A stretch of 64,000 nt of DNA from Malacoraja senta. Its lineage: Eukaryota. Position numbers and translations under genes: made by a program. A model generated the notes under the pieces. It saw only the letters and a list, made by a program, of their open reading frames with translations, was not told the origin of the DNA and ran no database searches. Numbering within the stretch: position 1 is the stretch's first letter; each line of letters starts with the position of its first letter. The stretch spans positions 248,001 through 312,000 of the forward strand of contig JAXLNO010000173.1 of NCBI GenBank assembly GCA_038087875.1, written 5' to 3'. Shown one piece after another: positions 61,491 to 64,000 of this stretch.

Positions 61491-64000
61491 AAGAGGAAGA
61501 AGGCAAATCCATGTCTGAATTTGTGGAGCAACTTTTGAAAACTGAACTCGCAATAACAATGGACACCAACCTACGGATCCAGCACGCGCACAGAGCTGTG
61601 GCTCGCAAACCGGAACATAACGCACCACACAGGTCCATAGTGGTAAATTACCTGGAGTTTAATACCAAAGAAATGGTATTGAAAAAGGCCTGGGGAATGA
61701 AGGTAATGATTGACGGGCGACGTCTATCATTTGATCACGACTATGCAATGGAGGTTGTCCAGCAGCGCAAGGCATATAAGGGAATAAAGAGGTACCTGGA
61801 GGAGAGAGGTGTCCGCTTCCAGACCCCGCTGGACAAGATACGCATTCACTGGGACTCAGGAACATGCACATATCATAGTGCACAAGACGCAGCGCAGGAG
61901 CTGAGGAGGAGAGGCTACTCCATGGAGACACCAGATTACAGCGCTGAGGAGCCGGCGGACCTAGAAATGGAGCGTCTTCTCCAGGCTTTGACATGGCAGA
62001 GAGTTGGAAAGAGGAGCGAAGACGGGAGTGAGACAGCAAGCGAGCGACTACAGGAGTCTGAGCAGACCCCATCCAACTAGCTTTTATTGTGTCACGATTT
62101 CTTTTGAACTAGAAAATAAGTGCTATCGGATGACGTTGGATGATACTACGATGCGTGAAATGGAGTGTTTCACCTCTAGTGAGGGGGCCTCTGGGAGGAG
62201 GTTTTCCCCTCTACCTGCCCACGGGGACTCAGGGTGGCAAGGAATCACCCTTACTTGGAATTCAACTGTTTTCTCTTTTTTTTAATTTTCTTTGTTTGAC
62301 ACATGTTGTCCAGATGTTCAGACCTGCGCAGTTCCAAGTTATGTGGTGATTTATGAATGCAATGCAAGATTAGGTAAATTAAATGTCACGTAATACTATT
62401 AAATTGGTGTCACTCAATGTAAATGGGATGAATAATCCAGTTAAAAGGAGCAAGGTCCTGGCTAAACTGCAAAAAGAAAAGGCTCAGGTATTATTTTTAC
62501 AAGAAACCCACCTGCCTCAACAAGAACATGAGAAATTAAAACGCTTTGGTTTTAGAAATGCATTTTATAGTTCCTATAAAACTAGCCAAAAGAGGGGAGT
62601 GGCTATCCTTATCACAAATGCAGTCCAATTTGAATGCTATAAAGAAGTCAGGGACAAAGAGGGAAGGTATGTATTAGTTAAAGGAAAGCTGGAAAACAAA
62701 GTAGTGACACTGATCAATGTATATGCCCCCCAGAGAGTACCAAATGTTTTTTCAAAACTCTGTTTGACATTATTGCTTTAGAGACTGAAGGTATTTTGAT
62801 ATGTGGAGGGGACTTCAATGTGGTTATGAATCATAATTTGGATACAACAAGCCTAAAAAAAAGAAGATGCATCTGACCAAGTTTATTAACACATCAGTGC
62901 AGGAAATGGGCCTAATTGATGTTTGGAGAGAACTTCACCCTTTAGAAAGGGACTACACACACTATTCAGTACCTCACCCAGTCTACTCCAGGATTGACTA
63001 CTTTTTAATGAATACGGGTGAAAGCCACAGGATCACAGAGTGTAAAATCGGGGTGGCAGATGTATCTGATCACAGTGCGATAAGCTTGACAGTACACCTG
63101 AATAGTAGAAAAAGAAATACTGTTTGGAGGCTCAATGTGGGTATTTTGAATAATAAGGTCAATGTGGAACAAATAAGGGAAGAGATAAAAAGGTATATAG
63201 AAGAGAATGATAATGGGGATGTGGATCTTGTAATATTGTGGGATGCTATGATGGCAGTTATACGTGGAAAGCTGATCGCCCTGACATCATCACACAAAAA
63301 GGCCCGGCTAGCTACGTATGAACGTAAAATAGAAAAATTTAAAGAACTGGAGAAAAAACATAAAAACATACAGGAGCAGTTGGTACTAAAACAGATTAAG
63401 AAAATAAGGGGGGAGATAGATGAGATGTTCAGGAGAGATATGGAAGAAAAGGCAAGATTTGTAAAGCAGACCTATTATGAAGCAGGTCCAAAAGCAACTA
63501 GACTCCTGGCCAGACGCCTGCGTAAACAGCAGGTCTCCAATACAATTCATAAAATAAGAGATCCTAAAACCAATCAATTATCACATGAGCCAGATGAGAT
63601 AGAAAGAATATTTGAAGTGTACTATAAGAAACTTTATTCTAAACCACCATCAGCTGACGAAAGGACAATGAGAAGTTTTCTTAACTCACTCGACCTGCCA
63701 TCCATTGGTGAGACACAAAATAATACCATTACGTCACAATTTACAGTTAAGGAGCTGGAAGCTGCAATCAGTAGACTTAAGGCTAGTAAATCACCAGGCA
63801 GCGATGGATTTCCACCAGAATTGTACAAGGCCTTTAAGAAAGAGCTAACACCTCTGCTCCTGTCTTGCTTTCACTGGACCCTTAAAGAGGGCAGGGCTCC
63901 CCTATCACGGAAGGAAGCAATTATTACCATTTTACCTAAGGAAGACAAAGACAAAGAGCAATGTAAACATTTCAGGCCAATCTCAATTTTAAATGTAGAC
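61491..64000 (+). mobile_element. Third L1 lineage: ORF1 C-terminus (61511-62080) and frameshifted ORF2 from 62383, running off the window
   Basis: LRIQHAHRA...FDHDYA, SLNVNGMNNPVKR, FLQETH, GGDFN, SRIDYF, SDH and KSPGSDGF. Confidence 0.92.

Overview
This is eukaryotic, repeat-dominated vertebrate DNA. It is most likely a cartilaginous fish (skate or ray), inferred from HE1-like V-SINEs, abundant CR1 LINEs with (ATAGAAAC)n tails and Penelope ends. I recognise no host protein-coding gene with confidence; almost every long ORF is a retroelement or its antisense shadow. Elements seen: about 12 CR1 copies or fragments, three L2, three L1 (one ORF2 intact except for a 1-nt homopolymer frameshift), a decayed Tx1-like LINE, two Rex1 pieces, a Crack/Daphne-type LINE with a PHD finger and a 2A-like motif, a Penelope element with a minimal hammerhead ribozyme and many solo ends, a Gypsy element with two LTRs, a BEL/Pao remnant, a Tc1 end, hAT and Tigger-type MITEs, and SINEs. 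Many are nested with readable target-site duplications. The main observations are: (1) a GC-rich non-autonomous family whose 3' stem-loop keeps its structure while changing sequence and matches the Rex1 tail; (2) the Penelope hammerheads; (3) the 2A-like motif; (4) a CR1 insertion that splits a candidate terminal exon and carries an inverted copy of its own target; (5) several minus-strand exon candidates of an unidentified gene. All family calls come from motif recognition by eye, and boundaries are approximate unless a TSD is given.
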